Origin: an uncultured Clostridiaceae bacterium | GTDB lineage: Bacteria; Bacillota; Clostridia; Lachnospirales; Lachnospiraceae | Length of the DNA: 51,955 nucleotides | NCBI GenBank assembly: GCA_946185495.1 | Contig: CAMHJT010000001.1 | Location: 1-51,955 of the forward strand | Direction: 5' to 3' | Notes under the pieces: model-generated | Database searches by the model: none | Told to the model about the DNA's origin: nothing | The model's input: the letters and a program-made list of their open reading frames with translations, nothing else | In this document: positions 44,240 to 51,955 of the stretch, piece by piece | Numbering within the stretch: the stretch's first letter is position 1 | Layout: each line of letters opens with the position of its first letter | Made by a program: the position numbers and the translations under genes

Positions 44240-45152
44240 AGAGAATATCAAGGCATTTTTTGGCCGTTATGATTATGTGATCACGCCGTTGCTGAAATTC
44301 CTGCTGGCCGCGCTGGTCTTCTTTATGCTCAACAGCCAGTTCGGCAGGTTTGCCCTGTTGAATAAAAGCTGGCTGCTGCTTGCGCTGGCTGCGGTATGCT
44401 CAATGCTGCCATCAGAGATGATCACGGTAGTGGGAGGAGGAATGATCATACTGCTGTCATTTCCGGTTGCGCTGGATGTGGCGCTGTTAAGCCTTGCGTT
44501 TATCGTGATCTTTTATTTCGGATATATGAGATTTGCAACCAGGACAGGGATTATCGTACTGCTGATCCCCGTTTTTTACGCGCTTCACCTGACCTGCGCG
44601 ATTCCGATTGTCATGGGCTTCATGGTGGGGCCTGCGGCCATTGTGCCTGTAATCTTTGGAGTTATCCTGTATTATTACGAGGGCTGCATCGGAAATCTGG
44701 CCAATCTGCTGGCTGCGGCGACAGATGATGAGGAGGCGATCCAGGGGTATCATTATATAGTAACCTGCCTGGTGGAGAATAAGCTGATGCAGCTTACGAT
44801 CGTTGTGTTTACCTGTGTGATCGTCGTGACGTATATCATTTACAGGATGTCATTTGAGTATTCCTGGATCGTGGCTTTTGTGGTGGGCGGCATCCTGAAC
44901 GTGGTGCTCTTCCTGATCGGAGGTGTCACGATGTCGATGGATGTGGATACCGGGGGAATCGTGCTCGGAAGCCTGGCAGGGATTCTCGTTTCCCTGGTGG
45001 TACAGTTCGCGAAGGGAATCGTGGATTACCAGAAGACGGAGCTTTTGCAGTTTGAAGATGATGAATACTATTACTATGTAAAGGCGATTCCGAAGCTGAC
45101 GATATCGGAATCGAACAAGAATGTAAAACACATAAATTCCAAGACACAGTGA
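44211..45152 (+). CDS. hypothetical polytopic membrane protein (~8 TM)
   Basis: It is hydrophobic throughout and ends DDEYYYYVK.... The start is ambiguous (GTG 44205, TTG 44211 or GTG 44217) after GGAGG at 44201-44205. Confidence 0.7.
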   Translation: MLVTTLLTFRENIKAFFGRYDYVITPLLKFLLAALVFFMLNSQFGRFALLNKSWLLLALAAVCSMLPSEMITVVGGGMIILLSFPVALDVALLSLAFIVIFYFGYMRFATRTGIIVLLIPVFYALHLTCAIPIVMGFMVGPAAIVPVIFGVILYYYEGCIGNLANLLAAATDDEEAIQGYHYIVTCLVENKLMQLTIVVFTCVIVVTYIIYRMSFEYSWIVAFVVGGILNVVLFLIGGVTMSMDVDTGGIVLGSLAGILVSLVVQFAKGIVDYQKTELLQFEDDEYYYYVKAIPKLTISESNKNVKHINSKTQ

Positions 45153-45214
45153 GGATGGGAGACTGCCGGAGAGATGGGACGGCTGTCTGCCGGGCTGCAG
45201 ATTAAGATGGAGAA

Positions 45215-46090
45215 GTGAGACAGTTGGGAAAAATCATAAATTATTTTGAGACTTATTTTGATTGGTTTTACATACCTAGAATCACAGTGGTGGATGCCAT
45301 TGAGATTGTCATCATTGCGATTTTGATCTACTATATCATGGACTGGTTCAAGAAAACGAGAGCCTGGACACTGATCAAGGGTATTCTTGTGCTTTTGCTG
45401 TTTACCGGGCTTGCGATGGTATTTCAGTTCAATACGATTCTGTGGATTGTGAGGAATACGATCAGTGTAGGCGTGATCGCCCTGATCATTATCTTTCAGC
45501 CGGAGTTTCGCAGGGCACTGGAGCAGCTTGGCAGAAAGCAGTTCATTTCTTCCTTCTTTTCCTCTGAGGAGTCGGAACGCAGCAGAAAGCTGGACAAGCG
45601 TGTGCTGACGGAGATTACCAAGGCGGTATATGCCATGGCGGAGGTCAAGACCGGAGCCCTGATCGTGCTGGAGCAGGAGGTCAGGCTGGGAGACTATGAG
45701 CGGACCGGTATCGCGATCGACGCGGAGGTGAGCAGCCAGCTCCTCATCAATATTTTTGAGCATAACACGCCGCTGCACGATGGTGCCGTGCTTATCCGGG
45801 ATAACCGGATTGTCAGTGCCACCTGCTATCTGCCGTTATCCGACAATCTGGATATCAACAAGGCGCTGGGTACCAGGCACAGGGCGGCAATTGGTGTGAG
45901 TGAGGTGTCGGACAGTATTACGATCATTGTCTCTGAAGAGACAGGCGCGGTTTCCATTGCCGTCAGCGGAAGAATCATCAGGAATCTGTCCAGAGATCGT
46001 TTTCCTGAGCAGATCGAGGAACTCAGAAAACACGAAACCGCGGTGAATAAGGTGAAGTGGCGGAAAGGTCTTGGTAAGCATGAAAAATAA
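45215..46090 (+). CDS. cdaA: diadenylate cyclase CdaA
   Basis: Three N-terminal TM segments precede a DAC domain with TGALIV, LHDGAVLI and GTRHRAA motifs. Confidence 0.92.
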   Translation: MRQLGKIINYFETYFDWFYIPRITVVDAIEIVIIAILIYYIMDWFKKTRAWTLIKGILVLLLFTGLAMVFQFNTILWIVRNTISVGVIALIIIFQPEFRRALEQLGRKQFISSFFSSEESERSRKLDKRVLTEITKAVYAMAEVKTGALIVLEQEVRLGDYERTGIAIDAEVSSQLLINIFEHNTPLHDGAVLIRDNRIVSATCYLPLSDNLDINKALGTRHRAAIGVSEVSDSITIIVSEETGAVSIAVSGRIIRNLSRDRFPEQIEELRKHETAVNKVKWRKGLGKHEK

Positions 46091-47318
46091 TATTTTGGAA
46101 CATCTGGAGTTGAAGATCCTGTCCCTGGTCATCGCCATTATCGTGTGGGTGATTGTGGCAAATGTGGATGATTACAAGGCTACCAAGCAGGTGACGGGAA
46201 TAGAGATAGAATTTGTCAACGGCAATGCCATTACAGGGAAGAATAAGGTGTACGAGGTTCCGGACGGCACGACCATTGATGTGGTGGTAAAGGGCAGAAG
46301 GAAGGTTGTGGAGGGTCTTACCCGGGAGGATTTCCGCGCGGTTGCGGATCTGTCCAAGATGTCCATTACCAATGCGGTGAAGGTAGAGGTGTCTGCTGTC
46401 CGCAGCCAGGTGGCGCGCGATCTGACGATTTCCTATGTAGACGATTCGGTTGTGGTGGCTGTGGAGGACAAGGTGAAGAAACAGCTTCCGGTTACGGTGC
46501 GGACACTGTCGGACGTAGCCGCCGGGTACGCGATCCGCAGCAAGACTGCGGCGCCCAATCTTTTGACGGTGGAGGGCGCGGAGAGCGCCGTGAATCTGAT
46601 CGAGGAGGTTGTGGTGGATGTCAATGTGGCAGGCGCCAGACAGAACCTGACAGCCACATCCAGGCCGGTTTTTCTGGATAAGAGCGGTACAGTGATCGAT
46701 TCTTCCCGGTTTTCCTATGATTCGAATGAGATCGAGGTCAATGTCGAGGTTATGAAGACGAAGGAGATTGACGTGAAGGTACAGACGACCGGAACGCCAC
46801 AGACGGGATATGAGGTGTCTGATATCAATTTCCAGCCGACCAGCGTGGTGGTGGTAGGGGATTCGGCAAAGCTTTCAGAAATCAGCGAAGTTGTGATCGA
46901 TGATGTGGATGTCAGCGGCTGCAGCGCGGATCTGGAGACTTCAGTTTCTGTTGCGGATTATCTTCCGGAAGGAGTGACGCTGGCGGGTGAGGCGCAGGAG
47001 ATCATGATCAAGGTCATGGTGGATCAGGTGGATGAGAAGGTGCTTTTGATCAGCCTTGAAAATATCAGTGTGACGGGCAAACAGGACGGATACTCTTATC
47101 AGTTCAATGGAGATGGGAAATACTCATTGCGTCTGCGGGGCAGGAAGGATATCCTGGACAAGCTGACCGTGTCGGATCTGGCTCCGACCATTGATGTGTC
47201 AGGCTACCGGATCGGGGCATTTTCGGTTTCCGTCCAGTTCAAGACACAGGAGGACATTGAGTTCCTGAACACGGTGAAGGCAAGCATCGTGATCACGGCC
47301 AACGGAAAACTGCAGTGA
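46080..47318 (+). CDS. cdaR: CdaA regulatory protein CdaR (YbbR-repeat protein)
   Basis: It has an N-terminal TM segment and four YbbR-like repeats. It overlaps the cdaA stop, which is the canonical position. Confidence 0.88.
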   Translation: MKNNILEHLELKILSLVIAIIVWVIVANVDDYKATKQVTGIEIEFVNGNAITGKNKVYEVPDGTTIDVVVKGRRKVVEGLTREDFRAVADLSKMSITNAVKVEVSAVRSQVARDLTISYVDDSVVVAVEDKVKKQLPVTVRTLSDVAAGYAIRSKTAAPNLLTVEGAESAVNLIEEVVVDVNVAGARQNLTATSRPVFLDKSGTVIDSSRFSYDSNEIEVNVEVMKTKEIDVKVQTTGTPQTGYEVSDINFQPTSVVVVGDSAKLSEISEVVIDDVDVSGCSADLETSVSVADYLPEGVTLAGEAQEIMIKVMVDQVDEKVLLISLENISVTGKQDGYSYQFNGDGKYSLRLRGRKDILDKLTVSDLAPTIDVSGYRIGAFSVSVQFKTQEDIEFLNTVKASIVITANGKLQ

Positions 47319-47368
47319 GCCGCTGAAGCCGCGGAGAAGCCTGTCCGTTTTGTATGAGGAGGGAGCTT

Positions 47369-47635
47369 ATGGTAGCGCGAAAGGTTGTTGTGAGTGACAG
47401 CTCCGGCCTGCATCTGCGGCCGGCAGGGATGTTTTGCGAGATCAGCATCAGATATCAGTCAAGGATTCAGATTCGGAAGGGAGACAGCCTGGTCAACGCG
47501 AAGAGTGTGCTGGGCGTACTCTCGGCACGAGTGAAGCAGGGGGATGAGATTGAAATTATCTGCGAGGGGCCTGATGAGCAGGAGGCTCTGGAAGCGCTTG
47601 TGGATATGGTGACCGGCGGGTTTGGCCTGTCGTAA
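47369..47635 (+). CDS. ptsH: phosphocarrier protein HPr (His15 and Ser46 both present)
   Basis: SGLHLRPAG contains His15 and VNAKSVLGVL contains Ser46. The ATG at 47369 is ~6 nt after GAGGAGGG. Confidence 0.88.
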   Translation: MVARKVVVSDSSGLHLRPAGMFCEISIRYQSRIQIRKGDSLVNAKSVLGVLSARVKQGDEIEIICEGPDEQEALEALVDMVTGGFGLS

Positions 47636-47685
47636 CAGGTTTTGCGCCGGGGTTCTGGTGACGATAATGATATGGAGGGATGGTT

Positions 47686-48426
47686 ATGATGCGGGAAGAA
47701 TCGATGGAGAAGATCAGGGAGCTGCAGAAGGTGATCGATGAGAGTGACAATATTGTGTTTTTTGGGGGCGCAGGCGTATCCACGGAGAGCGGGATACCGG
47801 ATTTCCGAAGTGTGGACGGCCTGTACAACCAGAAGTATAAATATCCACCGGAGGTGATGGTCAGCCACAGCTTTTACAGAAATCATACGGAGGAGTTCTT
47901 TGAGTTTTATAAGAATAAGATGATCGCGCTGGAGGCAAAGCCTAACAAGGCGCACTTGAAGCTGGCAGAGCTGGAACAAGCTGGCAAGGTCAAGGCTGTG
48001 ATCACGCAGAATATTGACGGCCTGCACTATGCGGCGGGCAGCAGGGAAGTGCTGGAGCTGCATGGAAGTGTTCACAGGAACTACTGTGAGAAATGCAAAA
48101 AAGAGTATCCGGTGGAATATATCGTGGAGTCAAAGGGAGTTCCCATGTGTGATTGCGGGGGCGTGATCAAGCCTGATGTTGTACTGTATGAGGAGAGCCT
48201 CAATTCCGAGACAATGCGCAAATCTGTACAGTATATCAGCAGGGCGGAGGTCTTGATCATCGGGGGAACCTCACTGGCTGTGTATCCGGCTGCTGGATTT
48301 ATCGACTATTTCAGAGGAAAACACCTGGTTGTGATCAACATGGCAGAGACAAACCGGGACGCACAGGCTGACATCGTGATCCGTGAGAGGATCGGGGAGG
48401 TATTCGATCAGATACAGGTACATTAA
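47686..48426 (+). CDS. cobB: NAD-dependent protein deacylase (Sir2 family)
   Basis: GAGVSTESGIPDFRS, TQNIDGLH and the zinc ribbon CEKCKK...CDCGG are present. The start was chosen 6-7 nt after GGAGGG; the ORF is open from 47680. Confidence 0.88.
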   Translation: MMREESMEKIRELQKVIDESDNIVFFGGAGVSTESGIPDFRSVDGLYNQKYKYPPEVMVSHSFYRNHTEEFFEFYKNKMIALEAKPNKAHLKLAELEQAGKVKAVITQNIDGLHYAAGSREVLELHGSVHRNYCEKCKKEYPVEYIVESKGVPMCDCGGVIKPDVVLYEESLNSETMRKSVQYISRAEVLIIGGTSLAVYPAAGFIDYFRGKHLVVINMAETNRDAQADIVIRERIGEVFDQIQVH

Positions 48427-48482
48427 GGCGGGGGAGCATTATTTTGCTGAATATCTGCCGCTTGCATAGAAGGAGAGTGCTT

Positions 48483-48749
48483 ATGGAACTTAACAATACA
48501 TTTAAGCTGACGAATGAGGAGGGTCAGGAGATTACCTATATCGGTCTCAGCGTTGTGGAGAATCCGGAGAACGGGCAGCGTTATCTGATCTATACTGAGG
48601 AGGAGAACGCGAGGGAGATCGACGGGAAGCAGGTAGAGCTTTACGCCTGCATCTACGGCAAGGAGAACGGGAGGATCGTGCTCGATCCCATTCAGACTGA
48701 GAAGGAGAAAAGGCTGATCAGGACATTTATTGAAAATAATATTGGATAG
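48483..48749 (+). CDS. DUF1292-family small protein
   Basis: This is an acidic ~88-aa protein with the pattern ...EEGQEITY...YLIYTEEEN...LDPIQTEKE typical of DUF1292. AAGGAGAG lies upstream. Confidence 0.72.
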   Translation: MELNNTFKLTNEEGQEITYIGLSVVENPENGQRYLIYTEEENAREIDGKQVELYACIYGKENGRIVLDPIQTEKEKRLIRTFIENNIG

Positions 48750-48766
48750 ACAGAAAGGAAAGTAAC

Positions 48767-50041
48767 ATGGTTAAAGCAGTTGTAGGAGCAAATTGGGGAG
48801 ATGAAGGAAAGGGAAAGATCACGGATATGCTAAGCCAGGAGACTGACATCATAGTCAGATTCCAGGGCGGCGCCAACGCAGGCCATACCATAGTGAATGA
48901 TTATGGCAAGTTCGCGCTGCACACGCTTCCGTCGGGCGTATTTTATGGTCATACGACCAGTATTATCGGAAACGGGGTGGCGCTTAATATTCCGGTGCTG
49001 TTTAAGGAGATTCAGGATATCGTGGACAGGAATGTGCCGATGCCGAAGATTCTGGTATCGGACCGCGCGCAGATGGTGATGCCGTACCATATCCTGTTTG
49101 ACGCGTATGAGGAGGAACGGCTGGCCGGGAAATCCTTTGGCTCCACGAAGTCAGGCATCGCACCGTTTTATTCTGACAAGTACGCGAAGATCGGTTTTCA
49201 GGTCAACGAGCTGTTTGAGCCGGAAAAGCTGAAGGAGAAGCTTCTCCGTGTTATCGTGCAGAAAAATATTTTGCTGGAGCATCTGTACCACAAGCCTCTG
49301 CTGGACGCGGAGGAGCTGTTTCAGACACTGATGGAATACCGGCAAATGATCGAGCCGTACGTATGCGATGTTTCCGCGTACCTGTATCAGGCGATTAAGG
49401 ACGGGAAAAATATTTTGCTGGAGGGACAGCTCGGTTCCCTGAAGGATCCGGATCACGGCATCTATCCGATGGTGACCTCATCGTCCACGCTGGCGGCCTA
49501 CGGCGCGATCGGCGCGGGCATTCCGCCGTATGAGATCAAGCAGATCATCACGGTAGTCAAGGCGTATTCCTCTGCTGTGGGCGCGGGCGCGTTTGTCAGC
49601 GAGATCTTTGGCGATGAGGCTGATGAGCTGAGACGCCGGGGCGGAGACGGCGGCGAGTACGGAGCGACCACAGGACGTCCGAGAAGAATGGGCTGGTTTG
49701 ATTGCGTGGCCTCCAAGTATGGCTGCCGGATTCAGGGCACGACCGATGTGGCGTTTACAGTGCTGGATGTACTGGGTTATCTGGACGAGATTCCGGTCTG
49801 CGTGGGTTATGACATAGACGGCGAGGTGACGACGGATTTCCCAACGACCGGGAAGCTGGAAAAGGCAAAGCCGGTGCTGAAAAACATGCCGGGGTGGAAA
49901 TGTGATATCAGGGGGATCAAGACCTATGAGGAGCTCCCGGAGAACTGCCGGAAGTACATAGAATTCATTGAGGAACAGATTGGATTCCCGATTACCATGA
50001 TTTCGAATGGTCCGGGAAGAAACGATATTATCTACAGGTAA
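48767..50041 (+). CDS. purA: adenylosuccinate synthetase
   Basis: GANWGDEGKGKITD, GGANAGHT and GTTGRPRR(M)GWFD are present. Confidence 0.96.
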   Translation: MVKAVVGANWGDEGKGKITDMLSQETDIIVRFQGGANAGHTIVNDYGKFALHTLPSGVFYGHTTSIIGNGVALNIPVLFKEIQDIVDRNVPMPKILVSDRAQMVMPYHILFDAYEEERLAGKSFGSTKSGIAPFYSDKYAKIGFQVNELFEPEKLKEKLLRVIVQKNILLEHLYHKPLLDAEELFQTLMEYRQMIEPYVCDVSAYLYQAIKDGKNILLEGQLGSLKDPDHGIYPMVTSSSTLAAYGAIGAGIPPYEIKQIITVVKAYSSAVGAGAFVSEIFGDEADELRRRGGDGGEYGATTGRPRRMGWFDCVASKYGCRIQGTTDVAFTVLDVLGYLDEIPVCVGYDIDGEVTTDFPTTGKLEKAKPVLKNMPGWKCDIRGIKTYEELPENCRKYIEFIEEQIGFPITMISNGPGRNDIIYR

Positions 50042-50052
50042 GGAAGACAGGA

Positions 50053-50092
50053 GGGACTGTTGCGGCAGGATGTGAGGCAGCAGTTCCTTTTT
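50053..50092 (+). terminator. intrinsic terminator of purA
   Basis: GGGACTGTTGC / GCAGCAGTTCC (11 bp including 2 G-U pairs) followed by TTTTT. Confidence 0.75.
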
Positions 50093-50142
50093 GCAGCTAT
50101 TGGAATTGCCTGTCAATGTTATGATAGAGGAGGAGAACCAAA

Positions 50143-50613
50143 TTGCAGCATACGGTAAAAAAAAGCAGGGCGAACAGGATCGCGCTTCGCAGTGTGGGAG
50201 GATTATTTTTTTTGGTCGCGCTCTGCCGACTGATCGCGGTCGCGGTTTTAAAGGAGCAGGCCAATCTGGTGCTCACGGCGCTGCTGTGCGCGGCGGGGCT
50301 AGGCTACGGGGGATATCTGCTGGTTCAGACCTTCCGACCACAGGCGTATGATATCACCTATGTATTTGGAGACAGTGGCATGACGATGCGGTTTCACAGG
50401 GGAGAGAAGAAGATTGGATATGGGGAGATTACGGATCTCGGCTTTGTGGTGCCGAATGAGGAACTCGATTATGCCCTGGTGCAGATCTATATCGGACGGG
50501 AACAGTATGTGATCCCGTTTATGGGGAAAAGCCAGGTGGGAAAGGCACTCTATGAGATGCTGAAGCAGAAGAGGGAGGAGTGTGCTGCGGGTAACAGTTC
50601 ACCCTTTGACTGA
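50143..50613 (+). CDS. hypothetical 2-TM membrane protein
   Basis: The TTG start follows GAGGAGGAG. There are two hydrophobic helices, then a ~90-aa soluble domain. The last ~6 codons lie inside the left arm of the family-2 element. Confidence 0.65.
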   Translation: MQHTVKKSRANRIALRSVGGLFFLVALCRLIAVAVLKEQANLVLTALLCAAGLGYGGYLLVQTFRPQAYDITYVFGDSGMTMRFHRGEKKIGYGEITDLGFVVPNEELDYALVQIYIGREQYVIPFMGKSQVGKALYEMLKQKREECAAGNSSPFD

Positions 50614-50775
50614 TTGGTTACATACCGGACGGCTTCCAGACGATAGTTCATTTACACTTCGGGAACACTTGCGCTTAGTTGCTTACGCAGCGGGACTAGG
50701 CAAATAGCCCAGCCCTTCGCCGAAAATGAACCATCCTCAGGAAGCCTGTGTACAGGCTGAAAGGTGAACTGTTAC
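50591..50775. repeat. family-2 element: 185-nt rod-like imperfect inverted repeat (MITE-like element or structured RNA)
   Basis: The outer arms are GTAACAGTTCACCCTTT / AAAGGTGAACTGTTAC. The inner helix pairs 50631-50653 with 50723-50746. Related sequences lie at 43673-43688 and 32005-32102. Confidence 0.7.
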
Positions 50776-50831
50776 TGTCGCGGGACAGGAGACAGATAAA
50801 ATGGAGGGAACAGGGATTGACAGGCAGACAG

Positions 50832-51809
50832 ATGAAAGAAAGGATCATTGAGATATTGAGGGAACGGGAAGGCTACGTGTCCGGACAGGAGCTTTGCGGC
50901 GTTCTGGGCGTCTCGCGCACAGCCGTCTGGAAGCATATCCGGCTGCTGCGGGAGGAAGGCTATGAGATTGCTTCCGTCCAGAACAGGGGGTACCGTCTAT
51001 GTGAGGAGCCGGACGTCATCGACGCGTTCCACGTTCAGCGCTATGCGGAGACGAAATGGCTGGGAAGGCAGATCTGTTATGAAAGGGAGACGGGATCAAC
51101 GAATACGCTGGCAAAGCGACTGGGGGAGCAGGACGCGGAAAATGGAACCGTAGTGGTTGCGGAGCGCCAGACGGCAGGCAGGGGAAGGAGGGGAAACACA
51201 TGGGTTTCCCCGGATGGAAACTGTTATTTTTCGGTCCTGTTAAGGCCGGAGCTTCGGACGGAGCAGGCCGCTTCGGTCACGCTGGTTGCCGCGCTGGCGC
51301 TGGCACAGGCGGTCAGGGAGGCGTCAGGGCTTGATGCAGGGATCAAATGGCCGAATGATATAGTGGTGGATGGAAGGAAGCTTTGCGGAATTCTGACGGA
51401 GAGCAGCATGGAGCCCGAGTATATCAATTATATTGTTGTCGGGATCGGGATCAATGTCAATCAGGAGGAATTTCCGGAGGAGCTTCAGGACAAGGCGACG
51501 TCCATTTTTCTTGCGTCCGGTGTGAGGCAGAACCGCGCCAAGCTGCTGGGAGGATTTTTGGGGCGGTTTGAGGCGTTGTATGAGGTGTTTCTCGAGACAG
51601 GCGATCTGAGAGGGCTCAGGGAGGAATACAACAGCCTCTTGGTCAACTGCGGGAAGGAAGTCCGGATCATTGGAAAGGAGCAGGAGGAGCGTATGCTGGC
51701 TGTGGGGATTGACGACAGCGGGAGGCTTATTGTGGAGCACGGGAACGGGCAGCGGGAGACGGTTTTAGCCGGTGAGGTATCGGTGCGCGGACTTTACGGA
51801 TATGTCTGA
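50832..51809 (+). CDS. birA: bifunctional biotin-[acetyl-CoA-carboxylase] ligase / transcriptional repressor BirA
   Basis: It has an N-terminal HTH (LGVSRTAVWKHIRLLREEGY) and the ligase motif GRGRRGNTW, then KWPNDI. An alternative TTG start at 50817 lies 9 nt after GGAGG. Confidence 0.9.
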   Translation: MKERIIEILREREGYVSGQELCGVLGVSRTAVWKHIRLLREEGYEIASVQNRGYRLCEEPDVIDAFHVQRYAETKWLGRQICYERETGSTNTLAKRLGEQDAENGTVVVAERQTAGRGRRGNTWVSPDGNCYFSVLLRPELRTEQAASVTLVAALALAQAVREASGLDAGIKWPNDIVVDGRKLCGILTESSMEPEYINYIVVGIGINVNQEEFPEELQDKATSIFLASGVRQNRAKLLGGFLGRFEALYEVFLETGDLRGLREEYNSLLVNCGKEVRIIGKEQEERMLAVGIDDSGRLIVEHGNGQRETVLAGEVSVRGLYGYV

Positions 51810-51955
51810 CGTTCCTGATTCCGGCGAAACACATATATCCTGTACAAAGCCTGAAGCTGCACTTTGAGTATCGCGATCTCTTAAGTTAATATGGCTATTA
51901 ACCAACTCGTGGTTGATATTTATAAACTCACGGAACAAAAATCTGTTCCGCTCTT

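Noticed and set aside
50097-50125. A promoter-like extended -10 (AATGTTATGAT) upstream of CDS 50143.
   Set aside because: A start site ~7 nt downstream would fall inside or after the SD (50127-50134) of the TTG-initiated gene. The -35 is poor. The geometry is inconsistent, so I did not call it.
50591-50775. A 6S RNA (ssrS) or SRP RNA assignment for the 185-nt rod-like element.
   Set aside because: The length and the closing-stem/bubble/terminal-stem shape fit 6S. However, its 16-nt terminus recurs identically at 43673 and its inner arm recurs at ~32061-32102, and its left arm is inside a CDS. A multi-copy distribution fits a repeat element better than a single-copy 6S gene. The SRP helix-8 motif (GGAAGCAGCC-type) is absent. 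I keep it only as an alternative to be excluded by cmsearch.
1-51955. A search for defence systems, CRISPR arrays, toxin-antitoxin pairs, integrases, transposases or prophage genes.
   Set aside because: No repeat-spacer architecture, nuclease/helicase/methylase defence signatures or recombinase motifs were seen in any frame. The window reads as core housekeeping and signalling genes.

Overview
The window is a 52-kb, almost entirely plus-strand stretch of chromosomal core genes. Gene content, gene order and protein sequences suggest a Firmicutes/Clostridia (Lachnospiraceae-like) genome; this taxonomic call is inference.

Gene order:
- partial tRNA-Pro (-), then ftsH, uvrC, hprK, glcK, murB, rapZ, whiA and a Crh-like HPr paralog
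- a 1096-aa TPR/GAF/GGDEF protein, then a lysine riboswitch with dapA-dapB
- a membrane GGDEF protein (-)
- a MacB-type ABC trio: ATPase, surface protein, FtsX permease
- a tight run of folC::HD, folP, folB/K, pheA, ppx, ppk
- an attenuator leader with infC-rpmI-rplT
- pssA-psd, a 54-aa rubredoxin (absent from the ORF track) and a HAD hydrolase
- a DHH/NrnB-like phosphoesterase (-), a double zinc-ribbon protein, an SDR and an MCP
- a 2-TM protein, a vWA protein, pspA and two membrane proteins
- cdaA-cdaR, HPr, a sirtuin, a DUF1292 protein, purA, a membrane protein and birA

I see no CRISPR array, transposase, integrase, phage gene or recognisable defence system.

The least ordinary signals are non-coding or architectural:
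1. A nested-hairpin repeat family (CAGGTAATTGCGAAAC arms) sits 34-38 nt upstream of the hprK, glcK and pspA start codons. Its inner stem changes sequence between copies but keeps pairing.
2. A second repeat family is represented by a 185-nt rod-like inverted repeat between a membrane-protein gene and birA. It has a solo terminus after pspA and a decayed copy after rplT.
3. The first gene of the folate operon is a FolC-HD domain fusion.
4. yvcK is missing between rapZ and whiA, and glmM is missing after cdaA-cdaR.
5. The pspA/vWA membrane-protein cluster and the ABC trio with shared poly-acidic inserts have no assigned function.

Several promoters share an extended -10 of the form AATGTG(G)TATAAT. 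All calls are by eye from the sequence; no database searches were run.
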